A stretch of DNA of 64,000 bases from Cyanophora paradoxa CCMP329 (lineage: Eukaryota > Plantae > Glaucophyta). The stretch spans positions 1 to 64,000 of the forward strand of contig QPMI01000672.1 in NCBI GenBank assembly GCA_004431415.1, written 5' to 3'. The translations under genes and the position numbers were made by a program. Shown piece by piece: positions 24,238-35,500 of the stretch. Below the pieces are notes generated by a model. It did no database searches. It saw nothing but the letters and a program-made list of their open reading frames with translations, and was not told the origin of the DNA. Each line of letters opens with the position of its first letter. Position 1 is the first letter of the stretch.

Positions 24238-25735
24238 CTGCGGGCGTGGATCAGCTTGGTGTGCAGTTTCAGACACTGCGACGAGGCGAGCTGATACGGA
24301 CCGTAGAGAGACGCCGCTGTAGCCATTCCCGTCGAGGTGATGGCTGCCCTGCTCTCCGTCACAACATTAACAGGCCAGCCTGTTGCAGTCCCCGTCGAGA
24401 AAACAAGATACGCCGCTGAGCACGAGATGTTGTAGGGAGAGCTCATCTCGGGTAGCCCAGTCACCGTCAGAGATGCGCTGCTTGCGCCGTCCAGTGGAAC
24501 GGCGCTCGCTGTCCTCGTGACGCCACTTCCCGAGCACGTCACGTTCAAAGTGCTGTTTGTTGGAGAAAGCGCATATCCCGCAGACAGCGTCCAAGTGAAA
24601 GGAACGATAATCGAAGTGGTCGATGCAGGGGTTATTGTACCGAAAACCAGGCCCGACGCAGTCTTCAATGGCACTGCAGCAGCGGTCAGGCAAGCAATCG
24701 ATCACAGTGCGCGCCAAAGAAAGGGCGCACGTGTCGTCGAGCCTGCAGAGCTGGTGATTGAGCCATTGTACGAGTACGTAACTGTGACCCTGCAGCTGAC
24801 AGGGTAAGACGAAGTGTCCCAGAATGCTGATGATACGTCGATTTGTGCGGTTTGAGTTGCGTTGTTGGCAAGCACGGTCGAATTGGTTGCCGAAACGGCG
24901 TTGCTAGTACAAGTGACGGATTGGCTCACGTTACTGTATGCCTCCGTCTGGCTTGCGGACTGCGTGAGAGTCACTGATCCAACTGCTATGCTTGTGCTGG
25001 TCGTCGTAGCAATCGTTGGCGTCATGATTGCGGTGATTGTTCTCGCTGCGAACGAGTGGCGCATCAGGAAGAGAACAGACAGATTTTTTTTGAATGTATT
25101 GATTTTTTCAAAGCAAATCGAACGAGCTCGAGGCCACCTGCAGGAAGTGATACGATGATTGAATTCACGCAGCTCGTGCATGTAGAAATAGAAGTGGTGC
25201 TGCATCCAGCACATATCATAGGGTTTTTGCAACCGGTGTCGGAGCATGTGGCAGTGTAGTCGAAAGAGCAGGAGATGTTGAAGGAAATTGGCGCCTCCGG
25301 AAAGGGACCGAATGTGGAGCTCAAATCATACGTGTAGAGCCTGGACCCTGGGGGAGGTGCAGTCCCAGTGCTGGGTGGGTACGTCTGCATCACCGTCCAG
25401 TCGGCGCCGTACGGATGCGTGCAGGTGCCTGATATGGAGGTCATGTTTATGATTGTGTTGGCCACGTCTGTCCACGAAAGCTGCCATTGAATCGACGCTG
25501 TCGTCGTGGTAACGGTGCTGCCAGAGTGCGCAAACGAGACCGTTGTTGTTCCAGGTGCCCCTCCAGGTGGTCCACCTCCAACGCCCCCAGGTGGTCCTTG
25601 GGATGTTGCAACGTCCACTCGAAGCAGCAGAAGAAGGCAGATCACGGCACTGAGCGGTGTAGGCTGCCGGCGTCGGAAGGTGGGACGCCCTTGGCCTTGT
25701 GGACGTGAACTCTGCGTCGAGCTATGCGTCTGCAA
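5418..25735 (-). CDS. Giant multi-exon secreted/surface protein with tandem Ig/FN3-like beta-sandwich modules; interrupted by a LINE, 3' end outside the window
   Basis: Exon 1 (25735-25138) has a hydrophobic signal-like segment LSAVICLLLLLRVDVATS. Exon 2 is 25045-24731 and exon 3 is 24673-24302. Alternating exons A (107 aa) and B (131 aa) follow, all joined by phase-1 GT-AG introns. Each module has Trp plus two Cys and is S/T/V/A-rich. Confidence 0.8.
11325..15151 (+). mobile_element. 5'-truncated non-LTR retrotransposon with RNase H (RT thumb - RNase H - zinc knuckle)
   Basis: Thumb-like ARISYG...GGYSL; RNase H motifs WIWTDGS, NNKAEL, HTDSQ and KVKAHS..NDAAD; CALC...ETLEHVLTCP. Several frameshifts. 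AT-richer 3' UTR. No short TSD. Confidence 0.88.
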
Positions 25736-25919
25736 TTTTTGGGAATTGGGTGAGAGGGGGGAATTGGGTGAGAGGGGGAGAAGGATGCTAAGTGGGGGAA
25801 GGGTGAATGGGAGGGGGAGGGTAAGTGGGGGAAGGGTGGGGAACAGGAGGGAGAGTCTGGTTTTTCAACCAACCCCTTGCCCCATTTTCTCTAGTCCATC
25901 TCTAACTAACCCTGAGGAA

Positions 25920-26270
25920 GGGAGGTAGGGAGCAGGGGGGGGGGGGAGGGGGGGCGGGGGAAAGGGGGGGGAGGAGGGGGAAGGGGAGGGGGAAGGGGAG
26001 GGGGAAGGGGAGGGGGGAGGGACGGGGAGCGGGCGGTGGAGAAGGGGGGGAGGGGACTTCAGCCGTAGCACGTCTCTAACCCTGAGGAGGGAGGGAGAGT
26101 GTAGGGAGGGGAGGGGGAAGGGGGGAGGGGAAGGGGAGGCGGGGGGAAGGAAGGAGAGAGAAGGCTTCGGGGGGACGAGAGAGGGATGAGAGACGGAGAG
26201 GCTGCGCGCAGGGAGGGGGGGGAGGGGGGCGGCGAGGGGGGGGAACGAAGAGGAGAGGGGGAAGGATGGA
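25920..26270. repeat. Polypurine/G-rich low-complexity tract upstream of the giant gene
   Basis: GGGGAA/GGGGAG runs with G-quadruplex potential. Confidence 0.8.
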
Positions 26271-27553
26271 AGGCAAAGTGGCTCACCCTCTTGCCAAATG
26301 ATGGTGGCAGCCTGGTCCGTTTCTTCCATACATCTGCAGACCATTCTCCATCTGCAGGACAAAGTTTGGGTGTGCACGTCTGCGACAGGCCCGAGCCGCA
26401 CGGCGACCGGTACGCGCACGTGTGCAGGAACAATGACTTGAACGGGCGGCCTCGCGGTCGGGATCCTTGTGCCTTCGTCGCCTACGCCGAGGTTCGCGCG
26501 CCACGTCACGCCTCGGATCTGAGCCCGCGCCGCGGACGCTTGGCATGGGGGCGTCGCCTCCGGCCAGTGGCCGTGGCCCTCGCGCGGGCAGCGTGGGCCT
26601 TGGAGTGGCTCCGGATCGCCGCTCAGCATCTCCCGCAGCCGGCTGCAGTCGGCAGCTGCGAGGCGCAAGGAAGTTGTCAGTGAGCAGTAGCTACGACAAG
26701 AAGGCGAGGCTGGGGCACCAGGACCTCATTGCGGCCGAGACGACTCCGCGGCAGCCGCACGTGGTTGCGCTCCGGCTGCGGAACGTCACCTCCGGCGGAA
26801 CCCTGAGAGGAGGGACAGGCGCAGGCGCACGCTGCGGTCTATAGCTAGGAGCTCCTCGCCGCTTGCATGGTCATGAATTCGATGCAGGCCTTAGCTGCGA
26901 TCTGGCGCGGGGAGGCTCGCGTTAGCTATCATAGTATGAGATCTGCAGACACGCGCGTGCCTCGCCGCCGAGGCCTAGCTATAGAGGCGTGCACGTGCTT
27001 CGGCGTCCGGCGGCTGTATCCAGGTCCCCCGGAGAGCAATCCCTGCTTCAACGCCCGACGGGCGTGTTCTCGTTGTCCGGGGCGCTTGCAACGCGCCGAT
27101 GGCGATGGCGCTACGAGATGGCAGCGGAGTCAACACGAAGGTCGATGTCAGGAGGAGCGCCGCGGCCGCGGATCTGCGTGATGGCGCTCTTCTGAGACTC
27201 CACTGCCTGCGGGCGCGCCGCACGATCACGGTGAGCGACAGGTCGACGCGCCGCACCGACCATCGACCGGACCGGTATCATCGAACGGAAGCGCACCTCA
27301 AGCCTCGCAAACCAGGTGATGTAGCTAAGAACTGCACACCGCTAGCACGCTTTAGCTAACCGCCAACGCCGGCCCCCTAGCTGGCCTGCTAACTAGTACA
27401 GTACTTCTGTGTCGAGGCCGCACCGTGAGCGCGAGCTATTTGGCAGGCTGGATCGTAGGTGCGTCGCGGCGGCCGCTCCCCACATGCACAGCCTGAGAGA
27501 GGCGCGTCGACGGTCGACGTCGACGTCCCTCCGGCGCCTCCGCTGCTTTCTTC

Positions 27554-28286
27554 TCAACCCTAGCGAGTTTACTCTTAGCAATAGAGGGGTACACTCCCCG
27601 CAGTGCTGTGAGCTCTGCGTCGCTAGCATGGTCATATGCTAATCTAGTATATGCATACACAACTCGAAATGGGTGCCAAGAAGGGGACTGCCTCGGGCCT
27701 GTGAAAATCCTGAGCGTGAAACTGGGCTAGAGTCCGTAGCAGGCAGAGGGGTACGTGAACTAGGGCTAGTTCGCAACACCTGTCCTGGGTACGGCAGTCT
27801 GGCCTAGGGTACGCGAAGCAGGGGAGAGGCAGGACCAAGGCGCCGTATACATAGGGTAGGGTCGGGTGGGAGAGCTCGAGGCGCGACGGCGCACTCGGGG
27901 TACAACAACTGAAGAGGGGCGGGCAGTCGTGCCTCGGGTACAGCTGCTCTACGTCTACTCGCGGGTTGACCTAAGTAAACTACTTTACTATCAATCAACC
28001 CTAGCGAGTTTACTCTTAGCAATAGAGGGGTACACTCCCCGCAGTGCTGTGAGCTCTGCGTCGCTAGCATGGTCATATGCTAATCTAGTATATGCATACA
28101 CAACTCGAAATGGGTGCCAAGAAGGGGACTGCCTCGGGCCTGTGAAAATCCTGAGCGTGAAACTGGGCTAGAGTCCGTAGCAGGCAGAGGGGTACGTGAA
28201 CTAGGGCTAGTTCGCAACACCTGTCCTGGGTACGGCAGTCTGGCCTAGGGTACGCGAAGCAGGGGAGAGGCAGGACCAAGGCGCCG
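27554..28286. repeat. 3' repeat block B1-A2-B2 (B = 292 bp twice, A = 125 bp)
   Basis: 27554-27845 matches 27995-28286, and 27871-27995 matches 33515-33639. Confidence 0.97.
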
Positions 28287-28357
28287 AGGCGGGCGGCGGC
28301 TGCGAAGTGGGCGCCGCGCGCTGGCACCCATGGAGAGAGGTGTGTGATGAATGAAGG

Positions 28358-29165
28358 TCAGCTGGAGGGCACTGCGGCTGGGGGCGCGTGGCTGCTGGCG
28401 AGGAGGAGGCCCCGCTGGCGGCGGACGAGCTCGGGGTGCGCACGGATGTACAGCTGGAAAGCGTCGGACCGCCAGCGGCCGAGGAGCTGGATAGCGTAGT
28501 CAGGGAGGCCGGCCTCGAACGCCGCGGTGGCGGCGCCGATGCGGAAGCTGTGCGGCAGCAGACATGGGGAATGTCGACGTCACAGCCCTGGCCTCGCTGA
28601 TCGGTCTTCGACTTCTTCAGGCGGAGGCGGGCGAAGCTCTCGCCCTCGTCCGTGAAGAAGCGGAGGTCGCGGCGCTGGAAGAGCCGGGCCGGGTCGGGCA
28701 CAGGGAGGCGGACAGCACAGACCTCGCTGCAGCGGAAGAAGCCGAAGAAGGCGGTGGAAAAGGCGGCCCAGAGGAGCCGCGTCTCAGGTGACGGGTGGGC
28801 GGCTGCATACTGGGCGAGGTCACTGAGCTGTCCGCGCGTGATCGGGTCGCGGCGGAGTTTGGGGCGAGGGTCGGCCACGCGGGCGATGCCCTCGAGGAGC
28901 CGGGCGAGGCGCGGCATGGAGCCCCAGAAAGTGCTGAAGCCGGAGTCGACGTGCAGCGACTGCACGGCCGTGATGTACGTGCGGATGGATGGCGGGGCGA
29001 CGCCGCCACGGCGGAAGAGGTGCGCCGCGAAGAAGCAGAGTGTAGCCTCCGACGCCGGCAGGACCAAGCCCTGCCTGTCGTGCAGACCCGCTGGAGGCAG
29101 AACTCGATGAACTCGCGCTGCGGGTACGAGTAGCTCCTGCGGGTGCTGGCCGCTAAGCCGGACAT
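28358..29165 (-). pseudogene. Tyrosine recombinase, frameshifted and internally deleted
   Basis: FFGFFRCSE, KKSKTDQ and HSFRIGAAT...GRWRSDAFQLYIR motifs. Stop at 28358-28360. Confidence 0.9.
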
Positions 29166-30781
29166 GTAGAGGTGCGTGGCGAGGGCGGCAAGGGGTCGAT
29201 CGACGGCCAGCAGGCGGGGGTCGGCAAAGAATCCGCTGACCGGTGCAGTCGGCGGAACTGCTCGATCTGGAGGCGGGAGAGGGGGTCGGCCAGGACGTTA
29301 GACAGGCCAGCGATGTGCGTGGCGCGAAACTCGAAAGAGTGGAGGACGGAAAGGGCATAGAGGGTGCGGAGGAGGGTGGCGAAGCCGGGGCGGGGGGAGT
29401 AGCCGTTGGCAATGGCAAGGGCAACCGGCTCGCAGTCGGTGTGGAAGTTAATCCGCCGGCGGTGCCACTGGGGGCCCCACGTGGCGGCGGCGATGACGAT
29501 CGCCATGAGCTCGCGCCAGGGCATGCTGGCAGGGATGTCGGGGTGGTCGGCCCAGGCGCCGAAGAGCCAGGCGTCGCCAAAGACGGCGCCAAAGCCCACG
29601 CCGCTGGCATCAGTCTCCAGGCGTAGCTCCCGCGAGTCGGCCCAGCGGGCTGAGGCGGGGAGGAGGCGGACGCCGTGCCGCTCGGCAAGCAGGAAGCGCC
29701 ACCAACGGAGGTCTGCGTGGAAGCCGGGGTGGAGCGTGGCACGGTGGTGGTCCTCGCGCAGGGCAGAGATGAGACTCAGCACGCGCTGGAGGAAGAAGCG
29801 GCCGGGGGGAATGACGGCGGTGGCGGAGGTGAGGAGACCGGCGAGGGACTGGAGGTCATGCCGGGTGGCGTGCCGCTTTCCCTCCCAGCTGCCGAGGAGC
29901 AAGACGAGGTCCTCGTAGCGGCCGGCCGAGAGGCGCGCCTCCATCGCGTCGGTGTCGAGCTCGATGCCGAGGAAGACGAGGCGGAAGGCGGGCCCCTCCA
30001 GCTTCTCCGCAGCCAGCGGGATGCCCAGGTGGGAGCAGATGGCCTGGAGGGCCTCCATCGACCGTGCACACTCGGCAGTGCCGGGGCGCCCGAGCACGAG
30101 GATGTCGTCGACGTAGCGCAGGAAGAGGACGCCCCCCGACGGAGGGCGTGGTCGAGGCCTGACCGAGGTCCTCGAACGTGCGCGGGAGGAGCGGCCACCG
30201 AATGGGAGAGCCATGTCGTAGTAGAAGTCGTACGCGCCGGGGCGGGCGGGATCCTCGGAGGGGAGGGCGGCACCCAGCAGCCAGTAGTCCTCCGGGCGGA
30301 CCGGCAGGAGGCGGAAGGCGTCCCGCACGTCGGCCTTGCCCAGCTGCGTGAGCCGGCCCAGGGAGATGATGAGCTCGATCGCGTCTGCCACCGAAGGGGA
30401 GGTGTAGTGAAGGGGAGCATTGTCGATGCCGCGGTTGACGCTGAAGCCGCGAAACCGGGGATAGGATAGGTCTGTGATGCGCCGCCACTTGGGTGGGTTG
30501 GAGCGCTTCTTCGGCACGGCGCCGAGTGGCGAGGCGACGAAGGGGGCGAAGGGCGGATGCGGGAAAGGGCCGGCCATGCGTCCCGCCGCCCGCTCCTTGG
30601 CGACGTCCGCCCGCACGGCGTCGAGATGTACCAGCGCCGTGGGATGGGGCCTGTGGACCGCCGAGTAAGGCGGCCCGCGGTAGAGCAGAGGGAAGCCGCG
30701 GGTGAAGCCCTGGGCCAGGCGGGTAGCGAGCGTGGGGTCTGGATGGTCGGCCAGCGCGGCCAGAAGGTTGGGGAGGTGCAC
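29153..30781 (-). CDS. Reverse transcriptase-RNase H of the YR retrotransposon
   Basis: KWRRITDLS, KADVRDAFRLLP, LPFG, YVDD, ETDAS, WRELMA, HTDC and LADPLSR motifs. The ORF may extend upstream. Confidence 0.93.
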   Translation of the reverse strand: MHLPNLLAALADHPDPTLATRLAQGFTRGFPLLYRGPPYSAVHRPHPTALVHLDAVRADVAKERAAGRMAGPFPHPPFAPFVASPLGAVPKKRSNPPKWRRITDLSYPRFRGFSVNRGIDNAPLHYTSPSVADAIELIISLGRLTQLGKADVRDAFRLLPVRPEDYWLLGAALPSEDPARPGAYDFYYDMALPFGGRSSRARSRTSVRPRPRPPSGGVLFLRYVDDILVLGRPGTAECARSMEALQAICSHLGIPLAAEKLEGPAFRLVFLGIELDTDAMEARLSAGRYEDLVLLLGSWEGKRHATRHDLQSLAGLLTSATAVIPPGRFFLQRVLSLISALREDHHRATLHPGFHADLRWWRFLLAERHGVRLLPASARWADSRELRLETDASGVGFGAVFGDAWLFGAWADHPDIPASMPWRELMAIVIAAATWGPQWHRRRINFHTDCEPVALAIANGYSPRPGFATLLRTLYALSVLHSFEFRATHIAGLSNVLADPLSRLQIEQFRRLHRSADSLPTPACWPSIDPLPPSPRTSTCPA

Positions 30782-31495
30782 CGGCGTGGGCGCCAGTCCC
30801 GACGGGAGCGGGGCGCCGCCGACAGCACTCGTGGGGTAGGTCGGGACAGTCGTGTCGAAAGGGGGGCCAGCGGTTGCTTGCGGATGCGCGTGTGCGCGCG
30901 GGCGCGCGTGCCCGCGGGCGCGGCGGCGTCAGCGACTGCGGAAGTGGGCCGCTCCGGAGTCGAAGAGGCGAAAGAGGACCCGGCGGGAATCGAGCGCGGG
31001 TCGGGAGCGTGGGCGGCGGCGCCGGCGGTCGCTGTGGAAACGGGCCGCTCCGGAGCCGAAGCAGCGAAAGAGGACCCGGCGGGAATCGAGCGCGGGTCGT
31101 GGGGGGGGTCGACGGCGGTCGCCGTGGAAACGCGCCTCTCCGGAATCGAAGCGGCGGAAGTGGACCCGGTCGGACTCGAACTGCGGGTCTCGGAGACAAC
31201 AGACACGACGTCCTGTCCGCTAAGCCGCTGAACGCAACGGCCCGGGACAGCGAACGCCGGTCCAAAACCGGGTGCCCGGACGGGCGAAGCCCGGGGGGAA
31301 GATGCCGAGGGGGGGGCGAGCGGACTTAGCCGCGGGAGGGCCGCGACCGAGACCGAAGGGGGCGGAGGCGGGGACGGCGGCGATGGGCGCACCGCTGCCG
31401 CCAGAGGGGGCGCCACCGCCTCCGGAGGGCTCCTATGATGCTCCGCGTCTGGCGCGCCGCAGGGAGCGGGAACTGCGGCCGCCTGCGGGGGGTGC

Positions 31496-33489
31496 TCAGG
31501 AAGGGCCGACGGCGCCGGCGCCGGTGGCGGTACGGCGCGCGCAGTCGGTGTGGTCCCGGCTGTGGCACTGGGCGCAGATGTGGCGCCCGAAGAAGCAGAC
31601 GCCGTCGCTGACGGCGTTCTTGCAGATGCCCTGGTTGAAGCACCAACAGATGGCTGGGCTGACGCCGAAGTAGCGCGGGTCCTCGGTGTGCCAGACGGCG
31701 CCACGGTCGAGGGCATCCTGCACGGCCCGGGAACGCGAGCGGCCGGAGCCGGAGGCGGCCCGAGTGTCGCCGCTGGGCGCGGTGCCGGGCGGGGACGCGA
31801 GCGCGGCGACCGCCGAGGCCGCGGCGGGGCGCGCCGCGGCGCTGGCGCGCGACGCCCGGCCGCCGCCGGCCGGACGGGCGGCTGCATCGACGGCGGCGGC
31901 CGAGGCCACGATGCTGCCGGCGTGAAAGGGGAGGGGGCCCCCGAGCCCGAGCCCCCCCTCGGGCAGGCTGCGCGCGAGGAGAGCCATGCTGTGGTGGCCA
32001 AGGGCGCGGTACCGGCCGTCGGCGTCCTCGGCGCAGGCGAGGGCGTCAGCAAGGTGATGCTGCACCCACGGGAAGACCCGCTCCCACGGAAGCGTGCGGG
32101 CAAGGACGATGATCTCGTACTGCAGCCGGGACAGGGCCTCGAGGCGGCGGCAGCGCTCCTCCGCCGGCAGCATGGTGTCCGTGGAGATCTGGAAGGCGAG
32201 GAGCTGAAGGCACAGGAGGAGGTCGGGGAAGGCGAGCTGCTCGCGCTGTGTGCCGGTGCTGGACGAGGCGGAGTGCGCCTGGAGGACCAGCCGGCCCGAG
32301 ACGGGGTCGAGGGACACCGCGATGGCGTCCGCGGCGGAGGACGCGAGGCCCGACTGGGTGGCGGAGGGGGAGAAGACGGGGTCTAGAAAGAGCCTACGGA
32401 GCTCGAAAGGCCCCCCCGCCCGAATCGCCGCTACGAGGCGCTCACCGGCCGGGCCTGTGAAGATGCGCGCGGGAAGGGTGCTGACGCGAGCGCTCCCGTC
32501 GGTCGAGGGGGGCGCAGCGCCGGCACCCCGAACGCGAAGCCGGCCCCTGCGAGCGCCGCAGGCAGGGCGCGCGCCAGCGCCTGCGACACCGCCTGAGAGA
32601 TATCGACATCGGTCTGCGATGTGGGCGGCGGGTCGGCGGCGGCGCCGTGCACGAAGGGGCGGGACGGTGCGCTCCGCGGGACGAATACAGCACCAGGGAC
32701 GGCGGCGGTCGCCGTGGGGACGTGGTGGGACAGGGCCGCGCCGGCGGGGTGCCGGGGGCCGGCAGCGGGGCAGGGGCCTCGAGCGGCAGGTGCGTGACCT
32801 GGGCTGGGGCGGGCCGCTGCGCGTGCTCGAGCAGGCTCTGGTGCTGCGCCAGCACCATGCGCTGCTGGTCGACGGCGCTCACGAGGGCGCTGAGGTCGCG
32901 CGTCAGGGGAGCAACCGCTGCCGCGACCGCTGAGGCGGTCGCCTGCTGCACGCTCGCCGCGAGCTGCTGGGTCAGCATCGGGCCGAGCTGTGACAGATCC
33001 ACCACGGGGGCCGGCGATCCGGGGCCGGGCAGGACTGCGAGGGGTCCCGCCGCGGCGCGCGCGAAGCTCGGGCCTCCGGCATGCGAGGTGCGAGCACGGG
33101 GGCGGGCTGAGGCGGCGCGGATCCGGATGCCGGGGTCGACGGCGCGGCCGCGGAACCCCGCCCGCGGGTGCGGGGGGGGCGGCAGCCGCGTGCGAAGTCT
33201 GCTGCAGCAGCCTCGCTGTCGACGCAGGAGGAGCGGCGGGGCCGCCGGGATGCTGCTGCTCGGCCTGCGCGGAGTGCGAGGCGAGCCCTGGCGCAGGGGC
33301 GATCCCGACGGGCGGCTGCAGATCTGAGGTCGTCTGCAGCTGCGAGCCCGCATCTCCTACCGCTGTAGCTACCGGTGTAGCTGCTGGCGCCTCCGGTTGG
33401 CGCGGGTCGGGAGGTGCACTCTGGAACCGCGATGGTCCCGCCTCCGAGGCTGCGCGAGTGGCCGTGCGGCCACGGGTCTCGACAACCAT
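31496..33489 (-). CDS. Gag-like ORF1 (frameshifted) with C-terminal Cys/His fingers
   Basis: Starts MVVETRGR at 33489. C-terminal CWCFNQGIC..C..H.C..C...H..C. Confidence 0.75.
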
Positions 33490-33514
33490 GTTGCGTACGG
33501 CCGGAACGCTCTGC

Positions 33515-33639
33515 AGAGCTCGAGGCGCGACGGCGCACTCGGGGTACAACAACTGAAGAGGGGCGGGCAGTCGTGCCTCGGGTACAGCTGCTCTACGTCT
33601 ACTCGCGGGTTGACCTAAGTAAACTACTTTACTATCAAT
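33515..33639. repeat. 5' repeat A1 of the YR retrotransposon
   Basis: Matches 27871-27995. Confidence 0.97.
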
Positions 33640-35500
33640 TAAGTGCGGGGTACACCCCTAAGTGGGGCTCTAAGACTTGATTGATCATGACACGCGAAGA
33701 CTCTGAGACAAATTAACTTCAGCACTAGCGCACTAGCGCTAGCCCCGGCGCCGGCGCTGGGCCGGGCTCGGCGCCGGCGCCGAGCCCCGCCCGGCCGCCC
33801 GCGCCGCGCCAGCCGCACTAAGTATTGCTCATGATCAGCCGCCTCAGCGGCTTGCAAATTGCGCTCGCTCGACGTCAATCGCGACGACTCATGATCATGA
33901 TCATCAGCCGCTGAGCCGCTGAGCCTGGCCCAGTGGCAGGTTTAAGATTGCGAATTGCCACTGGGCCCAATTGATCGCATGCGCATGCGGGGCCGGGCGC
34001 CTTGAGCTCAGCGCAGCGGCTTGACTGTCACAGTGTACATGTGGAAAGCTTGGAGCTCTCGAGCTCGTCCGACGGTCGGCCTTCCAAGCAAGCTTAAGTT
34101 TCATGATCTTTGGCTAAAGGCTCTCATTGCATGTTGCCTGTGCGCATGCTGGGCCCTGTCACAGTGTCACAGTGTGGCCATGGCCCCCGCCGCCTGTGCG
34201 CATGCAGCATTCCACCGGATCCCCGGAGCCTCGGAGAGTCTGAAAGCATCGACCTTACTGCAGCTGTGAGTCAAGCTCGGACGTCGACTGAGTGAATTAA
34301 AGCATCGGCCCGGCGGAAGATGGGTAAAGCCTGAGCTCAGTGGGCCTCGGAGCCTCGGAGCTCACACATGCCATGATGTGGGTTGCCAAGCTGTACATGT
34401 CTATGTCAGAACAGAAGACGTCAACATTCTTCTGTAGGCTGCAGGCCTAAGCGGCTTCTCCATCACAACTTAACTACGAACAAGCAGGGGGGCTCCGCCC
34501 CCCCGCACCCCCCCAGTGTTATTTAGGAATCTTTGATTTCTTGTGGTCTATTCTTCTTCTTCTACGTACTACTACTACTACTTATTAATTGACCTCCTGC
34601 ACCAGCTTCTGGCGTTCTCAATGATGATGCTGATGCTCCCAGCTCGCCTCCGCTCTCTCCTCAAGTGATTATTGACCTCCTTGATCCCGAACTTGAAGCT
34701 GATTTATTTCTTTCTTCTCCTGAAATTGCTGCTGATATTACTGAGGATGCTCCCAATGTTGGGGGCCATTCGTCGTCTCTTCCTTCTTCCTCTGTTCCTA
34801 TGGACACTGATCCTGTCTTGGCTCCTGATTTCAACCTGAAGCGCCGTCGACCCTCTACCCCTGCTCCTCCTTGCCTCTCGGATGCCTATGGTTACCCAAA
34901 CGGTACTATTGACCCATCTTTTCTTCCTTCCGTTAAACGTTTGCATCTTTCCTCTCCTGCTGACCTTTCGGTTCTAAGTGATGATTCGGGTTCTCCTGTG
35001 GTGCTCATTGACTATGATGCTGAAACTGATGCCATGGACCTTTAATTTCTCTCCTCGACTGGGGTTTAAAGCTCTAAACAGGATCGGGAATACCCCAGGC
35101 CGGCATTAGGAAGAGGCCCGCATTGGGATTTCGCCGATTGTTTTCCAGGTTTGCGTGTATGAGCGCCGGACCGCCGGGGCATACATGGTGAACTGTATAG
35201 GCGCCCGTCTGCGAAGAAGAAGAGTATGTATAAGACACGCCCAAGCCGGCTGTACGGTTATGACGAAAGGCGAAGGACCCGAAGGCCCGAAGCACAATCG
35301 ACAGTGAACCAACCAGACAAGGGTAGTGGCGGCGCAGACAGGCGCCTATACAGTTCACCATGTATGCCCCGGCGGTCCGGCGCTCATACACGCAAACCTG
35401 GAAAACAATCGGCGAAATCCCAATGCGGGCCTCTTCCTAATGCCGGCCTGGGGTATTCCCGATCCTGTTTAGAGCTTTAAACCCCAGTCGAGGAGAGAAA

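Larger units (their letters stand above)
27554..33639 (-). mobile_element. Tyrosine-recombinase retrotransposon of Ngaro/PAT type with split direct repeats
   Basis: Order on the minus strand: A1 (33639-33515), gag, RT/RH, YR, B1 (28286-27995), A2 (27995-27871), a 25-bp spacer, B2 (27845-27554). No methyltransferase ORF seen. No TSD. Confidence 0.95.

Noticed and set aside
5415-24419. Long plus-strand ORFs across the array
   Set aside because: They are antisense shadows of GC-rich codons. Splice signals and the signal peptide are on the minus strand.
5418-33500. Frameshifts as programmed or phase variation
   Set aside because: Nearly all are 1-bp losses in G/C homopolymers, typical of long-read error.
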